64,000 bases of DNA from Amphiscolops sp. MND2022 (Eukaryota), in NCBI GenBank assembly GCA_964187785.1, contig OZ076409.1, positions 63,366,001 through 63,430,000 of the forward strand, read 5' to 3'. The position numbers and the translations under genes are program-made. The notes under the pieces were generated by a model. The model was not told the origin of the DNA. It made no database searches and saw only the letters and a program-made list of their open reading frames with translations. Shown here one piece after another: positions 38,401 through 49,400 of the stretch. Within the stretch, counting starts at the first letter, position 1; each line of letters starts with the position of its first letter.

Positions 38401-40673
38401 TGCCGAAAAACTGAAAGCAGGGACCCTTTGGGGTTTTTCAACATCCAGTCTGTCGCAAAACATCAAAAAATTAAAGGGGGAAATTTTTATTTTCGGAAAA
38501 AAATCTCACAGTGCCGAAAAAAATGAGTGGGGGGACCCTTTGGGATTTTCCAACATCCATTGTCGCAAAACAGCAAAAAAATTGAAGGGGGACCCTTTGG
38601 GGAAAATTTTTTTCCGCTAAAAAAGTCTCGCAGTGCCGAAAAAGATTGAAAGAGCGGAACCCTTTGGTCTCGCTCAGTATGATATGTTACGCGGGAAAAA
38701 AGGAAAAACCTTTTTAGTTCAGTTCGCTGGACCAAATAATGCAATTTGGTGCAATAATATTTTGTAGAACTTTTAAGAACTATTTCGGTCAGTTCGTGTG
38801 GATTGAAAAAAAAGCCACTATAATAGTCGCGTTTCACTTCATGAAGCGCCGACTAAAAATAGGGTGCCATATATGTTGTTGTTTTGTGGATTCCCAGATT
38901 AACTGGAGGGATTTCTCACTATGTTTCATTAAAGACATATTCAAGTGTTGCGGCAGTTTTGGCAGTCACACGCGATTGTATTTATGACTGGCTTTCGATA
39001 GATAATGGCCATTTTTAAACCCAGTGCCATGAATAATTTCCATATATTTATGGCCATATATGGTTATGTCCATTGTGGTGTAACCTACCCACACTGGATA
39101 TCGGAAAATGCTTCCCCATAAGCAGTGCATCCGTCCAAAAGGAACGGCCAAAAAGAAAGGTACCGCCCAAAAGGAACGGCCAAAAGGAAAGGTACCGTCC
39201 AAAAGGAACGGCCAAAAGGAAAGGTTTAATAGTGCCGTTTAGAATGTAATCCTGCCCTTTGGGACAATGATTCGGTATAAATAGAGTTGATTTCTTATCA
39301 TTTATTCATTATTAATTTAACCTTCATTCGAATCAGTCGTCTTTTGTTATTCGACCACACAAATTGGTGACCCCGACGTGATGGAAGATCCGACACAATT
39401 TGAAGACTCTACCATTGCTTATAATCACACATCTAACGGAGGTAGCGGTGATCGCACAAACAATGCTCAAGTGGGGAGAATAACAATCAAACCTCCAACT
39501 TTTTATAGAAGCAACCCGCAAGTCTGGTTCAGACAACTCGAGTCCCAATTTGCACTAGCAAATATCACTAGTTCCCAAACAAAGTTTCACCACGTCATGG
39601 GCGCATTACCAGAGGACGTCGCAATCAACCTCCCACTGGACGTTACTTCTTACGAATCTCTAAAGGAGCAGATAATTGGAATCTATCAAAAAAGTCGACA
39701 GGAGTTATTGGAGGAGGCCTTAGGTTCAATTTCCCTTGACGGCCAAAAACCGTCAGTCTGTTTCCTACGCATAAAACGCAAATTAGAAGATTGCCATTTA
39801 ACCGTCGATGACCAATTTTTACGCCACAAATTCCTCCAAGCGTTACCCCCAACGACACGTGTTGCCCTGTCCGCACATCATAATTTGGCCTTGGACGATT
39901 TCGCTAAACTTGCGGATACGATATCCAGTGTGGGTAGGTTACAGTGGCTTTCCAATCCCTGACTGTAACAGTCGAGTTGTTTTATTCTAAAAGCGCCGAT
40001 CAAAATACAGTCATTGAGATTGCAAAATTGCAAAAAAAGCTCTGCATTTGAGAGTGCAAAGTTGCAGTTCAGGAACAAGTCTGGCCTCAGATTACAGGAA
40101 AGTCGTGCCTGTAAATGTTCGCAGATGTCAGTTGAGATATCACGGAAGAGGGGGACTTAGCTAGCTGAATTCTCGCCAAAAAAATGAATGAAATGTTTGC
40201 CAAGTTCATTTTTATTACTTCAAATCATGTAGAGGTTTTTAGCATCGCGATACGCATGGAATGATTATCGAAAGACCCTGCTCCCGGCTAAATTGGAAGA
40301 GCAGCTATTTAAATTCATCAAAAAGAATCGGCACTTGAAGTTGGTAAATGCGAACTTGAGCAGCTTGGCATTTCAAAGTTAGCTTGTATTTTTCATCCGT
40401 AATCAAAAGGTTCCCGTCATCTGTATATTTGAATTTTTCGCAGTTCAAAACACGGACTGTCACTATCCCAGCCTTGATTAATATTTTTCGTAGAAACACT
40501 TGAAGAAAATCAATTGAAAAACAAATCAGTTCGCAATTTTTATTGAGTAACCAATGGAGTTTTCTTCCACTGAGTAGAATCTTACCTTCGAGGAATTCCG
40601 CGAGAGGAGCAGACGACTGGCCCGTTCTATCAGCATAAACCTCCACATACAAAAAAGTATCGACTAAGCTCAT
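35414..40673 (-). CDS. Tandem-domain rhodanese sulfurtransferase (TST/MPST family), paralog B; 3 exons, ~262 aa
   Basis: Exons 40673-40586, 36332-36074 and 35855-35414 join in frame (789 nt). They give EFLEGHIPNA, VLPPDEFAKVL..KGV, SRLWWLLTYYGHQNVSIVGGYKSW, LCDARG and catalytic CNSGMMA. The first exon and start codon are less certain. Confidence 0.82.
36907..37309 (+). mobile_element. Helentron/DINE-1-like non-autonomous repeat copy
   Basis: 5' ACAAGCTGGGACCGGCCCAAGTCGGCACC; 3' hairpin TAGTCGGC...GCCGACTA followed by an A-run. Confidence 0.7.
38170..38859 (+). mobile_element. Helentron/DINE-1-like repeat copy nested in the hAT element
   Basis: GCCGGGACCGGCCCAAGTCGGCGCCATATCCAAGGCTC start, tandem GGGGACCCTTT units and GCGCCGACTAAAAA end; similar to 26210-26699. 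Confidence 0.75.
39079..39943. mobile_element. Non-autonomous TIR element with TGT..ACA ends and 4-bp TSD (Ginger-like), carrying an LTR-retrotransposon fragment
   Basis: Perfect 25-bp TIRs TGTAACCTACCCACACTGGATATCG (39079-39103 and 39919-39943). GTGG is duplicated at 39075-39078 and 39944-39947. Confidence 0.8.
39245..39918 (+). mobile_element. Ty3/Gypsy 5' fragment: short LTR (~117 bp), tRNA-Trp PBS and truncated gag
   Basis: TG..CA segment 39245-39361 contains TATAAATA. The PBS TGGTGACCCCGACGTGAT (39365-39382) is complementary to the 3' end of eukaryotic tRNA-Trp. The gag motif IKPPTFYRSNPQVWFRQLESQFALANITSSQTKF is present, and the ORF is cut by the right TIR. Confidence 0.85.
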
Positions 40674-40872
40674 GGCGTATAAACAGCTATCAACACTTCT
40701 GAAACAAATTTTCTCCTCTATCAGATATCATGGATCTTCGTCATCAATCAAGAACCATGTGTATCATCATGTTGGGGGAGAAGACACACACCCGTGGTCT
40801 GTAATGAAAGTAGGGAACCCCATACCAGCCACTATCCCAGTGGACCAGTAGCAAAAAGAAACAACCAACAAA

Positions 40873-41735
40873 CGGTTACCAGTCACTTGGCTTAATACCA
40901 TTTGGCTTAATTTTTTCGTCGAGTCATTTGGCTTAAAAATTTTAAGCCAAGTGACCACAAAATTAGGCCAACTCCATTCCAACTCAAGGAATAAATATGT
41001 CAACTCCCGGAAATATCATAATGTGGGGCATATGCGGTGTATGCACGCTCGCCCTCGCCGTCGCAAAGACCAGCTCCCACTACGATCGCTTCGCGATCTT
41101 CGTTCCCGCTAGGTTTTTGCTCCCGTTCGACCTCGCTTAGCAAGATGGAAATATAAGCGGCCCCAAGGGGCCGCGGCGCGGTTACCAGTCACTTGGCTTA
41201 ATACCATTTGGCTTAATTTTTTCGTCGAGTCATTTGGCTTAAAAATTTTAAGCCAAGTGACCACAAAATTAAGCCAACTCCATTCCAACTCAAGGAATAA
41301 ATATGTCAACTCCCGGAAATATCATGTGGGGCATATGCGGTGTATGCACGCTCGCCCTCACCGTCGCAAAGACCAGCTCCCACTACGATCGCTTCGCGAT
41401 CTTCGTTCCCGCTAGGTCTTTGCTCCTGTTCGACCTCGCTTAGCAAGATGGGAATATAAGCGGCCCCAAGGGGCCGCAGGGCACTAGAGGAAATGGGGAC
41501 ATATCCGAGGGGTACTTGATATGACATGTTATAATAATACGCTGACTTCGTTATAAAGATAAATTCGACAAAATCTGCCACGTGTTTTCAACTAAGTGGT
41601 TTTAAGTCAAATGACTTTAAGCCAAGTGACCAATACTCGAGACACTTAGCTTAAAAAAATTAAGCCAAGTGACCAATTGTATTAAGCCAAATGACTTTAA
41701 GCCAAATGGCATTAAGCCAAGTGACCATTTACCCG
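40873..41735. mobile_element. MITE-like element inserted into a second copy of itself
   Basis: ~306-bp direct repeat (40873 vs 41179). The inner copy 41179-41735 has imperfect TIRs CGGTTACCAGTCACTTGGCTTAA / TTAAGCCAAGTGACCATTTACCCG and is flanked by CGGCG on both sides. Confidence 0.6.
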
Positions 41736-44700
41736 CGGCGCATTAGAGAAAATGGGGGCATATCCGACGGCCAGAAACATTGTTATTTGAAAACGCTAGG
41801 TATTCGGCAAATTGTCCCAACAAAATTCGGCAATTTCAGAGGAACAATTTGCCGACAAAAATTCGGCAAATTATTCTTCACGTTCGGCAAATTGGGTTTC
41901 GGCAAATTGTATCTGACCCGTGGTTCCTTGGTTGCATAAAGAGCCTTGATTCAGACGGCTGGGTGCAAGAGCATCCAAAACCACGACATCCCACACCAGC
42001 TGTTTACCCATTTCCCAAGGAATCATCGTAACTCCGTCTGGGCGTTTGCATCAGTTCGGTACAGTCCACGCGGTTCGAGCACTCAAGGCAAGTCGAGAGA
42101 TCCAAACGTCTGCTTTATGAGAGAATTGAGAGTAGCATGACGTGAGAAGCAACCAGCACGCTTGGTGCAAGAAAGACCGTTTAAACCGTCCCGTTCAACT
42201 CTGCGCAACACCGATGTTGGCCCCGAGACGCAAACCAACTGAAATCCGAAGCTGCTGATCATCAAGCACCAAGTTTCATGCCTAGGTTCTTGCGAGGAAC
42301 GACGTTTAGTCATTGAGACCCGAACTTTCCTTGATGAGCGTTAAAAACTTTCGAACGTTTGTCATCCTTTCTAGAAATCAAATCTTGGGCGGTTTTGATG
42401 TAGACAGGGGAAACAAAATAGGAGAAAACATGCAATTTTGTAACCAAGACTTACATATATATGAATAAACCGCGTCTATTTAGGAAGATGCGATTTATCT
42501 ATCTCAAATATGGTGTTCCTCGATGCATTGGATATTAAAGTACGATTGAAAATAATGGGAGTAATAAGCAGGCCTTTGCAATAAATAATTGCAAAATATA
42601 GCCAAAAATATCCCTGCAATAAATATTTTTGATAATGCAACAATCACAATAACTATATATTTAGTAAGAATTGGATTGTCGTCATCAATCAGCGTTTTTT
42701 TTTCAAAAAAACGCTTCTTGATTCATCCTTGTGGTGTTGTTCGATGCATTGGATATTAAAGTACGATTGAAATTATTGTTGTGATGAAAATTTTAAAGAG
42801 TTTCAGAGACAGACGTTGATTGAAATTGAACGCACATTTGGCTGCTGGACACATCTTTGGATCTTGTGGACCTCGATTGGACCTTGATTGGTTTGCAAAC
42901 GGCTACAAGGGAATAAGTTGCAGGGACGTTTATTGCTTGCGGACCTGGATTGGACCTTGACTGGTTTGCAAAACAGCTACAGGCTCAGCTCTATCCTGTT
43001 AGTTCGTTCCTGTATCTATCTTTATACATGGTTTCCCTAATAGGCGCAAGCTGCTTAGACAACGCCTTCAAATGATTAGAACGCCTCAAGTAAAAGGGAC
43101 CGGAAAGGAATATTCTGAAAATTTGTAACAGCATCCAATGATCAACGAATATTTGACTTATGTTGAAAAATTCATTCAAAACTGACGAGGCAATCGAACA
43201 TGGTTTGGCAAAGTATCTGACAGCAGAAAGCGTAAAGAAAAAGACAGAGAAGTGCCCCGCGAGAGAAAGAGCGAGAACGAAAAAAGCGTGACAAGCACGA
43301 AAAGAGTCAAAAAGACAGCGAACTGGCCGTGTCCACGGTGTTTGCTTACTGAAATCATGGTTTTGCAGGAATAGCCCGGAACTCAGCATGACAGCTTGAA
43401 GATCGCAGTACCCGAACACGAAGGTTGTGCCCAGCTCGAACGCTGGTACCATGACGCCCGAGCACCCATTAACTTCGTCGAACTGGACTTTATTGTCGTA
43501 ATTGATGTCTTTTTTTGAGTAAAGATTAGCTCGAGGGCTACCTCTACGTTGTGCATTTACTCAAAATTCCGTTGGTAAAATTCAGTTCTGCCTTGTTGTT
43601 TTATTGAGCTATCTACACGGTGGCTGTGAGAAGAAAGCACAATTCCTGTGATTCTTAGCAGTTACAGACTGGTATCAGGCCAGAGAGCATCTCTAGAGAC
43701 GGTTCCCCCTCCTCAGAGGACAAAGTTAGCTGATATCATGATGGTTTGACCCGGACCATATCCATGGTACCAGTTCTTCCACTCCAGTATTACGATACAA
43801 TCGGTCAGCGCTTGCCGTTACATGGAACATCATTTTTTGGCGACCACAGAGGGATCGTTTTTGAGAAGCTTTCCAGCATGGTTTTTAAAAATTCTGGCCC
43901 ACCGTTATTCAGCGCCAAGACAGTTTCGACTCTGTGGGAGAAGCCATAGTTTTGCCTCTTTTTACCGACAGCGTGTTTTCTGGGAAGTTAGAACGGAATG
44001 TACCAGAAAAAACCCTGGAAAAGCGCGTTTTCAGGTGTCATAATGGCATTTTTAGGGAGAAAACCCAGTGAATGGGTGTTTTGTGATGTCGTGATATGTT
44101 AACCCATCAGCGGGTAAATGTTTTGCAGGTAGTAGTTACCGTAGCACATGGCTACGGGTGTTTAACAGGTATTTCTAGCTATATTCAACTTTTTGAGCTA
44201 TGCAAGACAGCTGCCGATGGAGGAAAAGCCATACTCCAACAGAGCGACGGAGGGGCGAAATGGAATGTTTTGGTTCGTTGTTATCGGTTTCTCGAAGAGA
44301 CGCCCGAGAGGGAAGATTTTGGACGGACAGCGAATGCAAATGCTAGTGATGCTAGTGGTCTAATTCGCAAGTGTGTAGCTGTTCTGGGTGTCGAGAAATT
44401 GCATGGCGAAGGCACGTTCCCTTTGACCAGAAGTGTCGCTCAGATGGGTCATAGTTCCCGAAAGATTTGATTTTGCACCTTTTTAAGTGGGGAATCGTCG
44501 GTACAGGTCAGTGACTTTTTTTGCAATGTAACGACACCCTCTGGAACGCTTTTGAGCGAAGAAAACTGAGATTTTTCGCAAAAATAGCAATTGATCGTGT
44601 TTTTTTTGTGTTTTCTTTTGTTGGAGCATGAGTGCTCGTAAGTCCAACGTAGCTTTGTAAAAAACAGGGCAAAAGTAGCCTCAAGTCCTGAGAGAGTCGG

Positions 44701-46489
44701 GAAAAATAAATGTTGGCCATTCCCGCGGCTCTTTTAGGTTAAAAAAGACGTAATTTGTGTTAAAAAAAGAGCAAAATTGAAGAAGGGCGAAAAATTGCCT
44801 AGAACCACAGGTGTAGACAGGCGTAAAAGCCTGGGGAATTGTTGTAAAGTAATTTTGCGAGCAAAACAAAACCCGAGAGCACTAAGATTAACTTTTGTAC
44901 AACGTTTTGCTGGTCCTGAAACTGCGGATAAGCAAAAAATATTGCAATTTTTACCGTTCTGGGCCGTGTAAATTACCTAGTAAGTGTCATTACAGAACAA
45001 ACCCCAAGTTACCTGAGGGAGCTCGAGCGCTCTCATTTTCTGTTTTTTAATAAGCATAATGTGTGTAAAAACGCCCATGCAGCGCTGAGAAAAGTGGAAA
45101 AACGCACTGATTTTGAACAAAATTCCATAAAACCGGACTGTCTAATAGTTAGGGTCGGTTCATTGATTCATGAATCCTAGTTAAAAAAAGTGGTTGCATT
45201 TTCCTAATTACCACCAAAACAAACGTTAGTGTCGAAAATTTGGTGAGCCTAGCTCCAACCAAACTCGAGAAAAACTCTGACGTTTTGACTTCAGAAAGTG
45301 CTAAAACAGCCAAAAAATGCCACAAAAGTCTAGGAACGACAGTTCCTTATCCCTAACGAGCTCGGCTAATTGAAGGTTGGTGGCAGTGCTGTGACCAATG
45401 GGGCAACAAGTTGACCATATTTTGCCTGCCATAACACTTGTAGTGTCGAATTTAGCAAATTTGTGAAAAAAGTGTCAAAAAAGACTGTTTTTGCTAAGAT
45501 AGTGTCTGTACCCAATCGGAACACCAGCAAAGCTCGCGGGCTTTAATCAGACCATTGAATCAACAAGGTGGGTGCCTACTGGCAGCGCCTACCAAATTCC
45601 ATATCGCTCGGTGCAGAATTAGTTGAGAAATTGTGGGAAATGTACTGCACAAAATGAGGTGCAAAAAGTCGAATTTTTCGAAATGTTTTGGAAGTGCCTG
45701 AACACTTTAGCCAAAAAGTGGGAACAAATTGATGCCCACCAACTTATTTGACGCTGGTTTGTGCATTGTTAGCGAGAAAATCGAGCTAACTCACACCGAT
45801 GTTTGTAAATTGAACAAAAAGGGTGCAACTTAGCTCCTACTGAGACATAAGCGTACCGCACGTCCGTACCGAAGCGAAATAGTGTACTAGCCTCGGAGCC
45901 CGCATCGGCGCTATCCTCCGTATACATTCGTGCCAGTAGAATTCCTTGGCCATTTTTGAGCGGGATCCAACTCTTGGATGACGAGTACGAGTTACTTGTG
46001 TTTTTTTATCTGTTCGAGAAAATTCAAAAAACGTCGTAAACGTCCTGTGCTCAACCCCACGAACGCGTAACACCTAACCAAGCTTAATTTCCGAGCTTGT
46101 GGGTTAGAAACTACTGCTGGAGTGAATTTGATCTCGCTACGACCTATAGAAGTGATTTCGACCTGGACGTGCTGAGACTGATTTCTAGTTAAGTCCTCGC
46201 CGAAACGACCGTCGGTCGCACACCCTCCTTGACTCCTAGGTACGGATCCTGTGGCCCCCGGACACGCCTGATTGTCCGGTAAGTCAAGTAGGGTGGCATA
46301 CGGCCTCCCCACCTGCGAGTGGGACTTTTGAGTTTCGCTGGTAACCCAGTGGTACACTTGCTAACAGTCCCCACATTCCGAATGTATTAACAACTGAATA
46401 ATGTATCAGTATTATTTATACTTCAATGCATATTGGCTTATAAGGAAAACTTATGCATTTTAGACACGTATATTTACGCGCACTCTGAA

Positions 46490-49400
46490 AGTTGTGTCTT
46501 GTAATGTCCTCGGCACGCGTACTCACGTAGTGAGTGATCACCACACCATGTTTTGGGTTGGAGCAGTAGCTATAGCCAAGTTGCTAAGGCGCCGTTCCAC
46601 AGCCACACTTGATACGAGTGAGTCTTACACGTCCGAAACCACAGGAACGGATGAGACACAAGAAGTGAGCTCAGTCCAATGCGAGAAATCCGGAAGTGAT
46701 AGTAATTTGGACCTACGGGAATGGCCCTCAGTGAAATCTCTAGTGACCAATTCCTCTTTTCCAGAAACAATGTCTGATAAAGTGACAATTGATCAACAGC
46801 GAAAGGAGAAGCAAAACGCAATGGCTCTAGTCCGAGACAATTCACCGTCATAGGAGGAACTCCTCCGCACTGGGCAATGGATTCAAGATACTAGAATCGG
46901 GTTGGCAACGTCACCTCAATTGGACTGGTTCTGGCCTAACTCAAATATTACAGCCGTCAATGTAACACCTCAACGAGAAAAGTGCTCGAAGGCACCCGAT
47001 GAAGGCAGCAATCCTGGCAGCAAGGATACCGATGCCATCTTTGAGTGCATGACGTACGTAGGTGGCATGAACTATGCCAAATAACGCCTCGAAGCCAGTC
47101 GTAAGAAGGCCTTCGAGGAGCAGAAGAAAGTGCGCCCTCCAACATTGTGTATGCAAGATGTACTAGACTGCGATAATGCGCAATAAATTCGCGATTGCGC
47201 TACAGCCATCGCCTCTTCGCGACGATCATCGGCGTATCGTGCCCTAGAGGTAGCGGCAGACGCCAGAACTGCGATGTTGCAGGCGGAAGCTGAGGCGCAG
47301 CCAGCCTTTGCACGCTTGGAGGATACCCGTGCCGAGTGCAATGAGCAGCATAAGGCGATGACCGCAGAGCTCGAAGCCATGCAAAGCTCTGTGAAGGAGA
47401 ACCTGAGGGCTACTAATCAACAACACACAGTGCAATCTGCGAAAGTGGATGCTATGGGGTATCGCCTAGAAGCAATGAAAGATATATTCCTTCAACGCGA
47501 ACTTCGAATGGAAGTGCAGACAGGTGAGCTCAACACAAAGATGCACACGCTGAGTACTGCACCCATGGCAGCGACCAACTCAGAGCAGATGAACATGCAA
47601 CGTCCAGTAGTACGGTGGTGCCTGCGCGCAACCCCTGACCCGCGCTTGATACTGAAGGCTAACTCCAAAACGGTGACCAAAGCACCCAAGCCTCCCGAGG
47701 CAACAAAATGGCCCTCTAAGGTACATATGTGTGCGCCAAATAAGCTGAGCACGGTTCAGCTGCCATCCACACTGTCACTCACTCGAACTCAAGATCGAGG
47801 ATTAGATCATTTGACCAATACCTTGTCTGTCATTGACTTAACTGACACGAAGGCCACGGCTGGATCCCAAACCAGCAGCGTGGAAGACGATGCCTACGCA
47901 ATCGCTAGGGTAAAGACTACTGGAGCTGACTCAGTGTTCCTAACTGCTAGCGAAGGAGTGCACACGGGCAACCCTTGTGCCAGTAGTACTCGCAAAAAAG
48001 AACCTCTGAACGAAGACCTATCTGTGCAGGCTACCAAGGGTAGTCGGGATAACTCCCCAGCAGCCAGTTCAGTTACGAAGAAGAGTAATCTCCCCAGAAG
48101 AGCTGCGATTCAACGCTGCTATATCCAAAGCCATGTCCAAGGAACTGGCTCCATTGCTAGCTGGCTGTGTCCCCTCTCAAGCCCGGCCTAGTGTTTACCG
48201 AGGATCCAAAGGAGGCTCCATTGACCGCTGTATCCTAGTCGCTATCTGCAACGCACGCAAATCAAAACGACTCCAGACGATAAGGCGTGGAGCATCATCA
48301 GTCACTTGGAAGGTGACGCTCGCAACTATATCATCAACAAGGCCGAGTGCAAACGAGACACGCCTGAAAAAGTCTTCGCATTTCTGGCCAGTCGATTTGG
48401 AACTGGAGGTAATTGGATGCAAGTGCGTCAAGCTTTTGCTACTCGACAACAGTCAGAGAAGGAAGACTGGGTGCAGTAACCAGACGCTCTGGAAGGGCTG
48501 CGTAGTCAGGGATTCCTTGATGAACCTATCACCACCAAGCGTTATGAAATCCTGTAGCGCTTTATTGAAGGTGTCCGCGACGTTGCCAGGCGACGAAAAT
48601 TTTCCATTAACTATGTGTCCGAGACCACTGTATCTGAACCAACCACCATGGAATCCTCGCGGTTCACCACAAGGCAACTGCAACGAATCCGACCCAAACC
48701 TTCACAACCCTGTGATCCCAGTTATGCCATGTCGTCAAGGCCTCACTTTTTTGTGCCGTTACACCCGAGCAAGATGGTATTGCCGCAAAGAGTATTGCAC
48801 CACCTCCTCCGAGCAATGGAACAGCCAACCCGGCGGCTGTGCCACCCGCTGTACGCTTGCCACAAGGTGCCTGTTTCAACTGTAGACAGACAGGTCACTT
48901 CGCCCGAGACTGTCCTACCCGAGATCAAGCTCGTAAGCCCGAAGCTGTAAAAACCACCACTGAAGACGTCGTAGAGTGCATCGCGGAGAACTGCTCCGGA
49001 GTCCGCTTTCGCGTCATTAGCGGTCTGGTGGATCATGTGGCTTCATAATGTGTGGAAAATTTTGTGAGAGACGACTTCGATTACAGCCGATGGGCGGAAG
49101 TTGAGGCGGCTGGTGATGCTGCTCACACCGTGCCACTAGAGGATGCTTCATCCGGCGGAACCTCCAGCCTTCCACACGCCCCTCACCATAACTTGTGGTG
49201 CCAAGCAAGTGCAAACGTGCTTGGAGCCAACAACCTTTGACCCCCATGGGCGTACGCTTATATGCGTCCACTTACTGTTGGCTGCAGAACTGGCATTGAC
49301 TCTGGCCAAAACATTGACTCTGGCCAAACTATGGGCTGAACTAACCATCCTATACAAGCGAGTGGAGCTCCCAAAAGAATACCACAAAAAATGGTATGCT

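Larger units (their letters stand above)
37324..39961 (-). mobile_element. hAT-superfamily DNA transposon (deleted and decayed) hosting nested insertions
   Basis: 13-bp TIRs CAGGGATTGGAAA / TTTCCAATCCCTG and an exact 8-bp TSD ACTGTAAC (37316-37323, 39962-39969). ATGGCCATA subterminal repeats occur at both ends. A frameshifted minus-strand remnant TSNIVE.LFSKPK..RTPLRNRILP resembles the hAT C-terminal dimerisation domain (~37540-37650). Confidence 0.85.

Noticed and set aside
42511..42772. ~40-bp direct repeat 221 bp apart
   Set aside because: Only two copies with no element hallmarks; probably a local duplication.
42780..45900. Short ORFs (e.g. 42991-43452, 44096-44470) as genes
   Set aside because: No recognisable domains or splice-consistent structure; probably decayed repeats.
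46011..46490. 5' LTR of the Gypsy element
   Set aside because: TG start and position are suggestive, but no matching 3' LTR or clear PBS was found in the window.
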